Shown piece after piece: positions 29,391-39,152 of a stretch of 64,000 nt of DNA. The notes under the pieces are model-generated. The model ran no database searches and was not told the DNA's origin. It worked only from the letters and a program-made list of their open reading frames with translations. Position numbers and translations under genes: made by a program. The first letter of the stretch is position 1, and every line of letters starts with the position of its first letter. This stretch comes from a bacterium (GTDB lineage Bacteria > SAR324 > NAC60-12), in contig CBDBHR010000030.1 in assembly GCA_965205865.1 (NCBI GenBank), positions 1,120,001 to 1,184,000 of the forward strand, written 5' to 3'.

Positions 29391-29972
29391 TTATGCGGGG
29401 AGCAGTAATCTTACCAAAATCATTATCATACTAAATATCGCTGCAATCCTTGTTACCCGCCTCACTCCCGGTAAAATCCGTCCCTCTTCTTTCAGAATCC
29501 CAGCATAAACCATGCTCGTTGAAGCAGTCAATGCCAGAGAGACACTGAGTGGAGAAATCCCCAATGCGCAGGTTAGCATCCCATAAACCATGCCATTGAG
29601 CAGTTCGATCCAAAAAGAGCGTGATCCATATTTATAATCACAATGACGACATCGCCCCCGCCCCCATAAATAGGAGACTACCGGGATGTTTTCAAACCAC
29701 CTCAATCGATGTCCACAGGCAAAACAGACGGAGCGGGCAGGGACTGCAATGCTGATTTGGTTAGAAACGATGTACTGCTTGAGAATGCCGGATATTAGCG
29801 GATCCGATAGTATTTGCTCTTTGCGGTTTGGCGAGAGGGACTGTAAAGGGAGACGGTCAATGCACACATTCAAAAAACTGCCGATCACCAATCCGATCAA
29901 CACCGAAAAGAACAGCACCCCATACCATAAAATTCCCTCGGGAATCCAGCTTATGACCAATATTGCTGGCAT
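29391..29972 (-). CDS. Prepilin peptidase N-terminal (DiS-P-DiS) domain protein
   Basis: IGSFLNVCIDRLP, RSVCFACGH, ENIPVVSY, GRCRHC; lacks the A24 catalytic C-terminus. Confidence 0.75.
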   Translation of the reverse strand: MPAILVISWIPEGILWYGVLFFSVLIGLVIGSFLNVCIDRLPLQSLSPNRKEQILSDPLISGILKQYIVSNQISIAVPARSVCFACGHRLRWFENIPVVSYLWGRGRCRHCDYKYGSRSFWIELLNGMVYGMLTCALGISPLSVSLALTASTSMVYAGILKEEGRILPGVRRVTRIAAIFSMIMILVRLLLPA

Positions 29973-29993
29973 GGCAATCCATCACTGTCCTGG

Positions 29994-30155
29994 TACGCTT
30001 TGGTAAAATTTCGTTTACAATTTCAGTGTCATGCCGGACTTGATCCGGCATCCGGGATTCACGGAAAGCCACCTGGATTCCAGCTCTTCGCCCGGAATGA
30101 CAACACTTTCGATTGTCGGATGTAAATTACTGTAAACGTATTTCGCCGTGCTGTA
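29994..30155. mobile_element. MITE with IS701-like ends enclosing a GTCAT palindrome pair
   Basis: Imperfect TIR tac..gg.aaa.t.cgtttaca / tgtaaacgtatttcgccgtgctgta; flanks ctgg/ctag; family assignment from recall. Confidence 0.6.
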
Positions 30156-30250
30156 CTAGTCAAGGTTTGTGAAAATAATTGAAGGATGGGGAAGGAGTCC
30201 TCGTCTCGCGATTCTTGTTGAGCATTTCGTCCTGTTTTGAAGAACTGAAA

Positions 30251-30943
30251 TTAAAAATAAAGACTGACAATCCGCTTTTGATTTTGCTCAAAGACGGAAG
30301 TCCCTTTGAGCGCCAGGGGTGAGCTCACTACCTTGCTGACTCGTATATTTCGGGCAATGTCCGCCAACTCATGACGGAGGTCGCCTCCCTTGTAGGCATG
30401 GAGCACCGCACCGGTGGCACGCAGACCACGCGTCCATTTTTCAAGGGATTTCAAGGGAGCCACCGTTCGTGCCGTCAAGACGGAAAAACGATTCTGATAA
30501 GAGGATTGTTCCGCCAGCTGTTCTGCTCTGCTTGTTAGGGCTCCTGCGTTGGGAATTGCCAATTTCGCAAGCATGGATTGCACTGCTCGGATTTTTTTCT
30601 CAATTCCGTCAATCAGCGTAAAACGAGCATGGGGACAGGCAATTGCCAGAACAATTCCCGGCAACCCTCCCCCGGTTCCAATATCACAAACTTCCGCGTT
30701 TTCAGGAATCTCGATGACAGCAAGGAGAGCCAAGCTGTGCAAGACGTGGTATTCCCAGATTCGCGCCGTATCATTCCTTGAAATCAAGTTGATTTTTTGA
30801 TTGGCCTCCAGCAGCATGGTCACCCACTTTTGCAGCAACATCCATTGTCGACCATCAAGCCGAATCTGATTGGCCTGCAATATGGATTGTACAAAGAATT
30901 GGGATTCTTCGGAAACCAGAGTTGTCCTGTTTTCAGTTTTCAT
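30251..30943 (-). CDS. rsmG: 16S rRNA m7G527 methyltransferase
   Basis: NQKINLIS, DIGTGGGLPGI, RAE, YKG. Confidence 0.92.
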   Translation of the reverse strand: MKTENRTTLVSEESQFFVQSILQANQIRLDGRQWMLLQKWVTMLLEANQKINLISRNDTARIWEYHVLHSLALLAVIEIPENAEVCDIGTGGGLPGIVLAIACPHARFTLIDGIEKKIRAVQSMLAKLAIPNAGALTSRAEQLAEQSSYQNRFSVLTARTVAPLKSLEKWTRGLRATGAVLHAYKGGDLRHELADIARNIRVSKVVSSPLALKGTSVFEQNQKRIVSLYF

Positions 30944-31679
30944 AACATTTTTGTAACTCAGGGTGACGAGGCCAGTCTTCTTCCAAGCTCTTCAGCTTTT
31001 TTATGGTACCGATATCTTTCCAATAAACATCGCCAATGTCGAAAGAGCGGATGGGGTATTTTTTTTCACTCAAATGCAGGTAAACGTCAATGATTGAAAA
31101 GTGCCCTGTTTGTTCAATCAGAGGAAAAATTTGGGGTTGGATGACGTGAATACCGCTGAAAGCGAGTTCTTTGAGACTGCTCCGTGGATTGCGCAACAGA
31201 CGATATTCTCGAGTTTCATGATAACGAATGCCGCAAACATAATTTCCCTCATCCACCAGAAATTTTGTTTGGCTTTCACGGTCCTGGGTGAGAAGCGTTA
31301 CCAGATTTTGTTGAGCTTGGTGTTGATGGTAGACTCGCAAGAGATCGACAGAGGAAAAAACGTCCACGTTGTGTAAAAAAAAAGACTGCTTTCGCCAATA
31401 ATCTCTCGTATTGAGCAGTCCGCCACCGGTGCCGAGAATTTGAGATTCAGGAAACAACGTGATGGCGGGAAAAGTACGATACTGCTGGACAAATTCCACG
31501 ATTTGCCTGGCATGGCAATGGACGTTGATGGCAAGCGAATCCACCCCGATTTTTTGCATCCGTCGGATCTGCCACTCCAATGCCGGTTTCTTCAGAACGG
31601 GAACGAGCGCTTTGGGCAGCGTATGGGTCAAAGGCTGCAAGCGAGTTCCCAATCCTGCCGCTAAGATCATTGCTTGCAT
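30933..31679 (-). CDS. Nucleotidyltransferase (MurU-like NTP_transferase)
   Basis: AMILAAGLGTRLQPLT..PKALVPV, LGTGGG, FSGIH, WKDIGT. Confidence 0.88.
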   Translation of the reverse strand: MQAMILAAGLGTRLQPLTHTLPKALVPVLKKPALEWQIRRMQKIGVDSLAINVHCHARQIVEFVQQYRTFPAITLFPESQILGTGGGLLNTRDYWRKQSFFLHNVDVFSSVDLLRVYHQHQAQQNLVTLLTQDRESQTKFLVDEGNYVCGIRYHETREYRLLRNPRSSLKELAFSGIHVIQPQIFPLIEQTGHFSIIDVYLHLSEKKYPIRSFDIGDVYWKDIGTIKKLKSLEEDWPRHPELQKCYEN

Positions 31680-31718
31680 GAATTCCTGCTTGTCGGAAAA
31701 ATGAATGCCATCCAATTA

Positions 31719-31752
31719 CCCCTCCCCTGGCCCCTCCCTCAAGGGGAGGGGG
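31719..31752 (+). repeat. REP-like palindrome family B (CCCCTCCCCTGGCCCCTCCCTCAAGGGGAGGGG), copy 1
   Basis: Same core at 50144 (+), 50474 (-) and 55784 (-). Confidence 0.85.
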
Positions 31753-31787
31753 ATTCAACGCATGGCCATGGCTTTCTTCAGGTGGCT

Positions 31788-34766
31788 TCACGTGATGCCG
31801 GCCAGCAAGTCATCCACAGAGTTCTCAATACGGTACTGCGCCGGCGCTTCACCCACCTCGAGCGCGCTGAAGTGCGCCTTGCCACATTCGATCTTGGCGT
31901 TTTCAGCGCCGCGAAGATCGCTGCCTGACAGGCTGCCCTTCGTTTCCACCACGAAGTAGAGCCGCTCGCACTCGTCTTGCTTGATCAGCAAGGCCCAGTC
32001 CGGGTTGTAGCTTCCAAGAGGCGTTGGCACCCGAAACCATCCGGGAAGCTTGGCATACACCCTGACGGCATCGTTCTTTTCGAGTTGGTCCGCAAAACCG
32101 GCTTCGATGCCTGATTCGTAAACGACCTGCTCGTAGACCGATTTTGTCGCGTTTCCCAACATATTCTTCAGATAGCCGGTCAATTCTTCCTTCTCGAAGA
32201 GTTCCTGCGCGTAGTAGTGCTCATCTCCGATCCGCCGGTATTTGATGCCGTCTACCAAGACCTGCTGCTTGCAGCGGTTGACAACCTGCGCGGCAAACTC
32301 GATGAAGTGTTGCGGATTGCGCTTGAATTCGTCGAGGCGTCCACTTTCGCAAAGAATACGCTGTATGCTGCGTCGCGTGAGTTGCGTGCGGTCCTGAAGC
32401 TCAGTCAGCAGGTCCGGCAGTTCGATATCGATATCGTCCAGCACCACGGTTGCCGCTCCACTCGTCTCGGTCGCTTCCACGCCGGACTGACCGATAGCGA
32501 TGTCGGCCTTACGCCATTGAAGGCGGGATTTGGGGATCACCGGCGCATTCTTTAATTCACGTGCGCACTTTGCGAGCAGGTCTTCGTTATCGAACGCCAC
32601 GCGGTAGGTGGTTTTGTGCTTGATACGATCCCAGAGCGCTTTGAATTCAGCGCTGTGTAGAATCGCCTGACGCGGACGTACCGTGCGGCGCTCGTCGGCG
32701 TTCCTGATTTCCAGACCTCCGGCGAGCTTACGCAGCAGTTCGGTGATAGCAGCCTGTTGCCCGCTGAATTCAGCGGGCACGTTGAAGGTCTCGTCCTTGA
32801 GCGCCTTACGGAGGGAATCTTGTATCCGCCCCTGCGCATCGATATATCCTTCTGTCTTCAGGTACTTGCAAAGGAACTGTGACGCTTCGAGGCCAAGAGT
32901 CGATGTTTGTCCGTCTTGCCCGACGACCGGAAAAGCCGCAAACTGATGTAACTCCACAACGCCAAAGCGAATCCCCGTTTCGTTTTCGATCTCCTGTTGC
33001 AATTTCCCGGCAAATTCCTCGTAGCTCTCGGTGGCGACCACCGTGAGCGTGTTGACGTCGAAACCACGCAGGCGTTCTCCTTCCTGGTTGACGCAAAGTC
33101 GGAGACCGCGCCCGATCGTCTGTCTGCGCTCCCGTTCGCTGCTCATGTCGCGAAGCGCGCAAATCTGGAAGACGTTGGGGTTATCCCAGCCTTCGCGCAG
33201 CGCTGAATGAGAAAAGATGAACTTGAGCGGAGTCTCCATACTCAAGAGTTTTTCCTTCTCTTTCATGATCAGGTTGTAGGCCCGTTCCGCGTTGTCTCGA
33301 TTGTTCTGGTTGTTCTCCGCGGTATCCGTCCAACCGCCCTTCTTGTCGATGGAGAAGTAACCATTGTGGACTTCCCCGGCAGCTGTGGCGATATCCACTT
33401 CCTGAAAAAGCGTGCAGTAGTCCGGAAGATTGGCGAGACGGCGGTACTCTTCCTCGAACATCCTGGCAAAAATTCCCTTGATGGCGTTTCCGTCTTCGTC
33501 ATACTGCCGGTAACGATTGACGGCATCGATGAAGAAGAGACTGAGCACCTTGATCCCCTGCGAGCGCAAGCGCTTCTCCTTGTCGAAATGTTCCCGGATG
33601 GTGCGACGAATCATTTGTCGTTGGACAGCGAGCACATCCACGTCACCCCAGGTTTCACGCAACCGCAGGAATTGCTCGCCACCGGGAACGCGGAGTTCGA
33701 TGAATTCGTTACTTTTTTCCACCCGGATTTCGCCGATGCGACAATCATGGTAGAGGGCGCGTTTCGTTATCTGAGCAAGATCGTCGCCATCCTGGACGGT
33801 CATCTCCCGGCGTCGCACTTTTCCAGCTACCTCGACGTCGAGTTCAACCCTGGCGCTGATGACGCCGCGCCGGTTGCTCGTCGCAAGCAGGCGAACGTAT
33901 GGTTTGTTATAGGCCCCTTCGACCGTAGCCGACGCCACCTCGATTTGTTTCACCAGCTTGCGTTCGTAGGCATCGACGGCGTCGAGCCGGTAGACCATGT
34001 GATGCCGGTCGGCATGCGTCGCCGAATAACGCAGCGCGCAGAGTGGATTCATTTTTTTCAGGGCCTCTCTGCCACGCCCTTGCAAACCACCGTCCACGCT
34101 TTGCGGTTCATCGACGATAAGAATGGGTCGCGTGGCCCGGATCAAGTCGATAGGCTTCTCGCCACCGGTCTTCTCGCTGTCCTTGTAGAGGTTGTTGACG
34201 TCTTTCTTGTTAATCGCGCCAACCGTTACCACCATGATCTGCACCAACTGGCTGCTGGCGAAATTCCGCACCTGCCCCAGTTTCGCGGAATCGTAGAGGA
34301 AATATTCGAAAGGCGTACCCGAGTACAGCGCCCGCAAATGATCGTCCGTGATCTGCAGCGCTTTGTAGACGCCCTCCTTGATGGCAACCGACGGCACGAC
34401 GATGACGAACTTGGTGAACCCGTAGCGTTTGTTCAGTTCGAAAATCGTGCGCAGGTAGACGTAGGTTTTACCGGTTCCGGTCTCCATCTCCACGCTGAAG
34501 TCCCCGGAATCCAGGGTACCGGAGGGGGGTAAACCGTGGCGGAGTTGAATAGCATTCAGGTTTTCCAGGATTTTCTCGTCGGGCAGAGCGAGCCGGTTAC
34601 CGATGCCAAGCTCGTATTCGGCATAAGTCGACCCCACGTGGGGTTGTGTAGGGTCAGGCGTGACAGTGAACTCGGAGCGACAAACCTCCTGACCACGGAA
34701 CAGCTCGCAGACAGCTTCAATCGCCTGAATTTGAAAATCGAGGTTCGGTTCAAAATGGAGTTTCAT
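31788..34766 (-). CDS. res: Type III restriction endonuclease Res subunit
   Basis: EMETGTGKT, DEPQ, SAT, ALREGWDNPNVFQIC, QTIGRGLR, YNPDWA..VVETKG. Confidence 0.95.
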   Translation of the reverse strand: MKLHFEPNLDFQIQAIEAVCELFRGQEVCRSEFTVTPDPTQPHVGSTYAEYELGIGNRLALPDEKILENLNAIQLRHGLPPSGTLDSGDFSVEMETGTGKTYVYLRTIFELNKRYGFTKFVIVVPSVAIKEGVYKALQITDDHLRALYSGTPFEYFLYDSAKLGQVRNFASSQLVQIMVVTVGAINKKDVNNLYKDSEKTGGEKPIDLIRATRPILIVDEPQSVDGGLQGRGREALKKMNPLCALRYSATHADRHHMVYRLDAVDAYERKLVKQIEVASATVEGAYNKPYVRLLATSNRRGVISARVELDVEVAGKVRRREMTVQDGDDLAQITKRALYHDCRIGEIRVEKSNEFIELRVPGGEQFLRLRETWGDVDVLAVQRQMIRRTIREHFDKEKRLRSQGIKVLSLFFIDAVNRYRQYDEDGNAIKGIFARMFEEEYRRLANLPDYCTLFQEVDIATAAGEVHNGYFSIDKKGGWTDTAENNQNNRDNAERAYNLIMKEKEKLLSMETPLKFIFSHSALREGWDNPNVFQICALRDMSSERERRQTIGRGLRLCVNQEGERLRGFDVNTLTVVATESYEEFAGKLQQEIENETGIRFGVVELHQFAAFPVVGQDGQTSTLGLEASQFLCKYLKTEGYIDAQGRIQDSLRKALKDETFNVPAEFSGQQAAITELLRKLAGGLEIRNADERRTVRPRQAILHSAEFKALWDRIKHKTTYRVAFDNEDLLAKCARELKNAPVIPKSRLQWRKADIAIGQSGVEATETSGAATVVLDDIDIELPDLLTELQDRTQLTRRSIQRILCESGRLDEFKRNPQHFIEFAAQVVNRCKQQVLVDGIKYRRIGDEHYYAQELFEKEELTGYLKNMLGNATKSVYEQVVYESGIEAGFADQLEKNDAVRVYAKLPGWFRVPTPLGSYNPDWALLIKQDECERLYFVVETKGSLSGSDLRGAENAKIECGKAHFSALEVGEAPAQYRIENSVDDLLAGIT

Positions 34767-35815
34767 CGCATGCTTCTTTGGATGATTGCATTTATTAAAA
34801 TGTGTTTACCGATTTGCTCCGCAAGCCTGACGGGAATCGCATTGCCTATCTGCATTGCGATGTGTTTGTTGGACCCGAAGAATTCGTATCCGTCGGGAAA
34901 AGACTGTATGGTAGCTGCTTCTCGCAGGGATATTGCTCTGTCCTGCTCGGGGTGCCCGTATCTACCGTTGGATATGCTGTGACAACGCCCTGTGAGCGCC
35001 GGAGCGGGGTAATCCCAGCGCATTCTTCCGTAAACGTCGGTGTGGCCTTTGTAGTCCCCCGCGTGACATTCGAGTCTCAGGTTTTTCGGCCATGACTTCC
35101 GGTCTCCGCCGTCATGGGGGGTTAAACGCAGACGTTCGAGATTCAAGTCAGTGATGGATGCCGCGACATGATTCGGAATTCTCGAATGGCGCTCTCCTGC
35201 AGAAATGGAGGGAAAGTGGGAGATGGCCTGCCGCACCGTCCTGAACGGTCGAAGTTTATTTCCATATTTTGGCTCGGGCAACGATGATGGTCGATATCGC
35301 ATCGCCAACAATACAAGGCGTCGTCTATTTTGAGGTACCCCATAGTGTTTCACATCAAGAACGCGACAATCGTATTTGTATTCGTTCGCCTTCAGCATCC
35401 GGAGAAACCGACGAAAAGTACTGAATCCACGTACCCTGGAAATACCGGGAACATTTTCAATCAACACGTAACCGGGCAACATGGCTTCAACAAGACGACC
35501 GAACTCACCCAACAGTGTTGTGTCACACCGCTGTCTACTCCGCTTAAATTGAGAGCTGAAAGGTTGACACGGAGCGCATCCGGCGAAGAGAAAGTCATCA
35601 TATCGCCCGGACTGATATTTCAGAACCGGATGATCCGCTCCGACCTGCCTGATGTCTGCCTGAACGAATCGGACTCCCGGATTATTGTATTCATAGGTGA
35701 GTTGGCAGCGATCATCACAATCGAATCCGGCAATGACTTCAATACCTGCATCAAGCAAACCGCGAGTAAGCCCTCCGGCTCCACAAAAGAAATCATAGGC
35801 TTTCATGTTTCTCAC
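34763..35815 (-). CDS. DNA (cytosine-5) methyltransferase
   Basis: FFCGAGG, GCAPCQPFS, IENV, PQNRRR, ISLREAATIQSFP, QIGNAIP. Confidence 0.95.
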   Translation of the reverse strand: MRNMKAYDFFCGAGGLTRGLLDAGIEVIAGFDCDDRCQLTYEYNNPGVRFVQADIRQVGADHPVLKYQSGRYDDFLFAGCAPCQPFSSQFKRSRQRCDTTLLGEFGRLVEAMLPGYVLIENVPGISRVRGFSTFRRFLRMLKANEYKYDCRVLDVKHYGVPQNRRRLVLLAMRYRPSSLPEPKYGNKLRPFRTVRQAISHFPSISAGERHSRIPNHVAASITDLNLERLRLTPHDGGDRKSWPKNLRLECHAGDYKGHTDVYGRMRWDYPAPALTGRCHSISNGRYGHPEQDRAISLREAATIQSFPDGYEFFGSNKHIAMQIGNAIPVRLAEQIGKHILINAIIQRSMR

Positions 35816-36951
35816 TCACTGTCTTCACTTTGCAGATTCTTGATGATTTCCTGACACCACTCAGCAAAATTCCGATCCGGCAGACCCGGCCGACAAGCGG
35901 TTTGCAAATATGCCCATGCAATCAACTCTCGAAAGGGACTGTCTACAGAGGCAACTCGTAGAAAGGGCTTGTGCGAATCTAAGTTGCCTATATCTTCGAT
36001 ACCAATAAGCTCCAAATCTCGCAGGTTGGCTGTCATTGTCGGAATTTTCCCCTTCAAGCGGGGAAAAGGAATAAGGGTCTCGAAGTAACCCTGTGTAAGC
36101 ATTACGCTACGCAGACGATCCTCCAGATTCTGAATCTTGGTTTTCCCCATATTCTGAATCTCGATTTTTCCCAGACTTGTCCGATCAAGACCGTTTTTCA
36201 TTGAGCAACATTTTGCAACCAGAACCTGTGATACCTTCGGTTTGCGACCATCGGTTCGTACAAGATCACATGAAGGAGTGAGAATCACACGAAACAAAGT
36301 GGGGTCGTCATCCTTACCTTCTGCAACTTTCAGGACATCGCCAAGCTGGGTATCATCACTTACCGGCGGGAACAGGTATTGCTCCCAACCGGCAAGCACC
36401 TTTCCATCCGGTAAAGGCTCATCCATCAGGGCAGCAAGACGGCGTCTGCCCGAACGCTTGATCGTCTCAATGCGTTGTTTATCATCAGGGAAGGCGTCGA
36501 AGGCATAAGGCGCAACTTCGCGCATGGCGCACGAAAAATGATGCTTAATGTGGTTTTCACCTTCCCTCAGCGCCTGGACTTGGGGATACAGCTCATTTAA
36601 GACCTTCATTACTTTCTGGGGACTATCCGATCCTTTCTGAATACTTTTCACGAATGGGTGCGGATCACATTTTTCATCATGAATATCGGGTCGGGCAGAG
36701 TACACTACTATCGGACAGAAATGTTGATTCCAGATGAAATTACGGGTATTCAAGCCTTCGACTTCTGGTTCTGGAGAAGCACCTCCGACCAGGAGATCGA
36801 GTATCACAATGTTGGGATGGAGCGATACGATTCGGTCCTCCGCGTCTTCGAATCCACACACTTCATACCGCATGTCCTCTTGGTCTTCGATCAGCTTCAG
36901 AATGGGCTCAATGGTGTCCTGCTCGTCCTCGATAAATAGTAGTTTCAGCAT
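35812..36951 (-). CDS. Receiver (REC)-domain protein with uncharacterised C-terminal output domain
   Basis: LLFIEDE, IVILDL, PIVVYSA, QKG; C-terminal LGDVL..VILTPSCDL..VLVA; GAGGAG RBS before ATG 36951. Confidence 0.8.
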   Translation of the reverse strand: MLKLLFIEDEQDTIEPILKLIEDQEDMRYEVCGFEDAEDRIVSLHPNIVILDLLVGGASPEPEVEGLNTRNFIWNQHFCPIVVYSARPDIHDEKCDPHPFVKSIQKGSDSPQKVMKVLNELYPQVQALREGENHIKHHFSCAMREVAPYAFDAFPDDKQRIETIKRSGRRRLAALMDEPLPDGKVLAGWEQYLFPPVSDDTQLGDVLKVAEGKDDDPTLFRVILTPSCDLVRTDGRKPKVSQVLVAKCCSMKNGLDRTSLGKIEIQNMGKTKIQNLEDRLRSVMLTQGYFETLIPFPRLKGKIPTMTANLRDLELIGIEDIGNLDSHKPFLRVASVDSPFRELIAWAYLQTACRPGLPDRNFAEWCQEIIKNLQSEDSE

Positions 36952-36962
36952 GTACTCCTCTC

Positions 36963-39125
36963 CTACATTCGGCGTTGTTTCCATAATGGTAAATCGAAGG
37001 TGAATGATGCTCCCCCCTTCGTACCGGGATATTCGGTCGACATACGACCTCCGTATGCAGCAACCAATTCGGAAGCCACGGTGAGTCCCATTCCGATTCC
37101 TCCCGGCTTTCTGGTCACACCGGGCCAGAACACCTTCTCCTTGTCATCTTCGCCGATGCCCGGTCCCGAATCGTGAACTTCGATGCGGATGCGCTCACCA
37201 TTGTTGATGGGAGTGAGCCGGAACTCCAGTTCCCTGCTTTCTTTCGGAACATCTCCTATCCAGTAAACGGCATTCGTCACGAGGTTCAGAAGGATCGCAT
37301 CAAGTTCGCCGGGGTCCACGGCTACCGTAGTTTTAGAGTCGGGTACACGGTATCGAACGTGTTTCCTCCTGATTTCACCATGATGGAGCTTCAGACACTC
37401 TCTGATCTGCTCCTCCAACACCGAATGGTGCTTCCGACGCCGGAAATTTCGGCTGGCCAAAGGGGCAAAGGTATCTGCAAGGCGTTCCAGCGCATCTACC
37501 GCCCTACCCGCAAAACGAACCTCTCCCTCAATATCCTTGTCCCGGAAGGGACCGAACCTGTTTTTGATGAAATCCAGGAAATCACCGAATACGGTCGTTC
37601 GGTTGCGAATCTCGTGTACCAGCATTTGAGCGATCGTCCCCACGGTCGCAAGGCGGCTGTAGTACACGAACCGCTCCTGAATCGTTTTGCATGCCGAGTC
37701 CAGGGAACTGCTGAAGTCACGGAGCAGAGAAAACGCCTTCGATGTTTCGACTCCTTCCTCTGTCAGGGCAATGAAATCCTCAAGAAGTTTTTCCGCGGAC
37801 ATCATTTCGAACAGATCATTCATCGGTTTTTCAAGATGTGGCTTGACCCGATCTTCGTCCCTTTCGTTCTCCAGAAGAGCCACGAGAAACTTCAGGATTT
37901 CCTCGAACTCCGCAACTTCGATACATGAGGCAAGACGCTCGCGGTCGCTGGTGTCCTCTATCCGTGGGTTTCCTTCGGCCGTTATGGAAACGTAACCGAC
38001 CATTTGGTTCGTGCTCAGCCGTGTTCCGACCTTGCTGACACGCCGGAGGTCGAGTCCGAGCCAGTCACGGGCGCTATCGGATTTCGGCAGCACCAGAACA
38101 CCGTCCCTATACACGGAGATACCCTTATGCGCACGAATGGCTTTTCGGACCTGACTTTTCTGGAACTCGAACCGTTCTGCGATTTCTTGCGTGTCTTCGG
38201 GAGCGATGTCCCATGCCCGCAGTTCAAAGGAAAATGGTCCACAATGTGTTTTGTCGGAAGAGTACTGAAATCGTGAGCGATCTTGAATGGCATCATGAAT
38301 CCTTCCCCAAGGATGCGTCAGGTCCTTTTCTCTGGGTTCACCTTCAGCGATGGGAGAAAACCGGTATGTTCCGTTTACGTTACCACTATAGTCGACACTT
38401 CCCCGGACGCTGTACTTCGGCCTCGATAGAAAGCCTGTAGACTCTATCTCGACTCCCTCGGCTTCAGCGTCATCGAAACCGGACAGAAAGATATTGAAAT
38501 CATCAAGGGCGGAAAATGGGGAGATCAAACGCCCGAGATTTTCTTCGAGATCCGATATTCGATTCACATCCCATTGTCCTGACAGACTATCAATACGAAT
38601 GCGAGTCCCGGAGCGGAACGGGGTGTTGTCAGGATATCTTCTACATGTGACAAAACTCTCTGACAGGTCGTTTCCTCCCCCAATGTCAGACCAATCGACC
38701 CCGACTTCCCAACAGGGAGCTTCAGGTGCCTTTGTCAACATATGAAGGCGCCGCCCGAGCCGCGCGACGGAAAGACGTCCAAGTCCTTTTTCGCCGGCAA
38801 CTCGACGTTCCTTTTTACCGCTCCTCGCAACAGGATTCAGTTGCTTGTAGGGAGTCGCAACGAGGCACCAGACGTCATCAATGATCTCCCTGGTCATACC
38901 GTTGCCGTCGTCCTCGATTTCCAAATATGCACCTTCAGTCGGATCATTCCGAAATCGAAGCCAGACATTTTGTGCGAACGCATCATAGGAGTTCTTGACC
39001 AACTCTATAACGGCTACGACGTCATTGGTCACGAGATCTGCGCCCAAGGCGGCAAATACCCTGGGATGCATACGAAACGGTATCTGTTCAAGTCCATCTT
39101 TTTCTTCAGACAATCTATTCTCCAT
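36963..39125 (-). CDS. MORC/HSP90-like GHKL ATPase fused to a histidine kinase
   Basis: N-term ELVKNSYDA, IEDDGNGM, GEKGLGRL; C-term LVHEIRN (H box), NLVTNA (N), HDSGPGI (G1), GIGMGL (G2); no TM segments. Confidence 0.88.
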   Translation of the reverse strand: MENRLSEEKDGLEQIPFRMHPRVFAALGADLVTNDVVAVIELVKNSYDAFAQNVWLRFRNDPTEGAYLEIEDDGNGMTREIIDDVWCLVATPYKQLNPVARSGKKERRVAGEKGLGRLSVARLGRRLHMLTKAPEAPCWEVGVDWSDIGGGNDLSESFVTCRRYPDNTPFRSGTRIRIDSLSGQWDVNRISDLEENLGRLISPFSALDDFNIFLSGFDDAEAEGVEIESTGFLSRPKYSVRGSVDYSGNVNGTYRFSPIAEGEPREKDLTHPWGRIHDAIQDRSRFQYSSDKTHCGPFSFELRAWDIAPEDTQEIAERFEFQKSQVRKAIRAHKGISVYRDGVLVLPKSDSARDWLGLDLRRVSKVGTRLSTNQMVGYVSITAEGNPRIEDTSDRERLASCIEVAEFEEILKFLVALLENERDEDRVKPHLEKPMNDLFEMMSAEKLLEDFIALTEEGVETSKAFSLLRDFSSSLDSACKTIQERFVYYSRLATVGTIAQMLVHEIRNRTTVFGDFLDFIKNRFGPFRDKDIEGEVRFAGRAVDALERLADTFAPLASRNFRRRKHHSVLEEQIRECLKLHHGEIRRKHVRYRVPDSKTTVAVDPGELDAILLNLVTNAVYWIGDVPKESRELEFRLTPINNGERIRIEVHDSGPGIGEDDKEKVFWPGVTRKPGGIGMGLTVASELVAAYGGRMSTEYPGTKGGASFTFDLPLWKQRRM

Positions 39126-39152
39126 GAAAGTTCCCCTGGTTTCTGAAGTTCT

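Noticed and set aside
33207-34532. Long antisense ORFs (also 46894-47850, 2291-3154, 9679-10464, 54439-55242, 37173-37928)
   Set aside because: Shadows of well-supported genes on the opposite strand, with no recognisable motifs.
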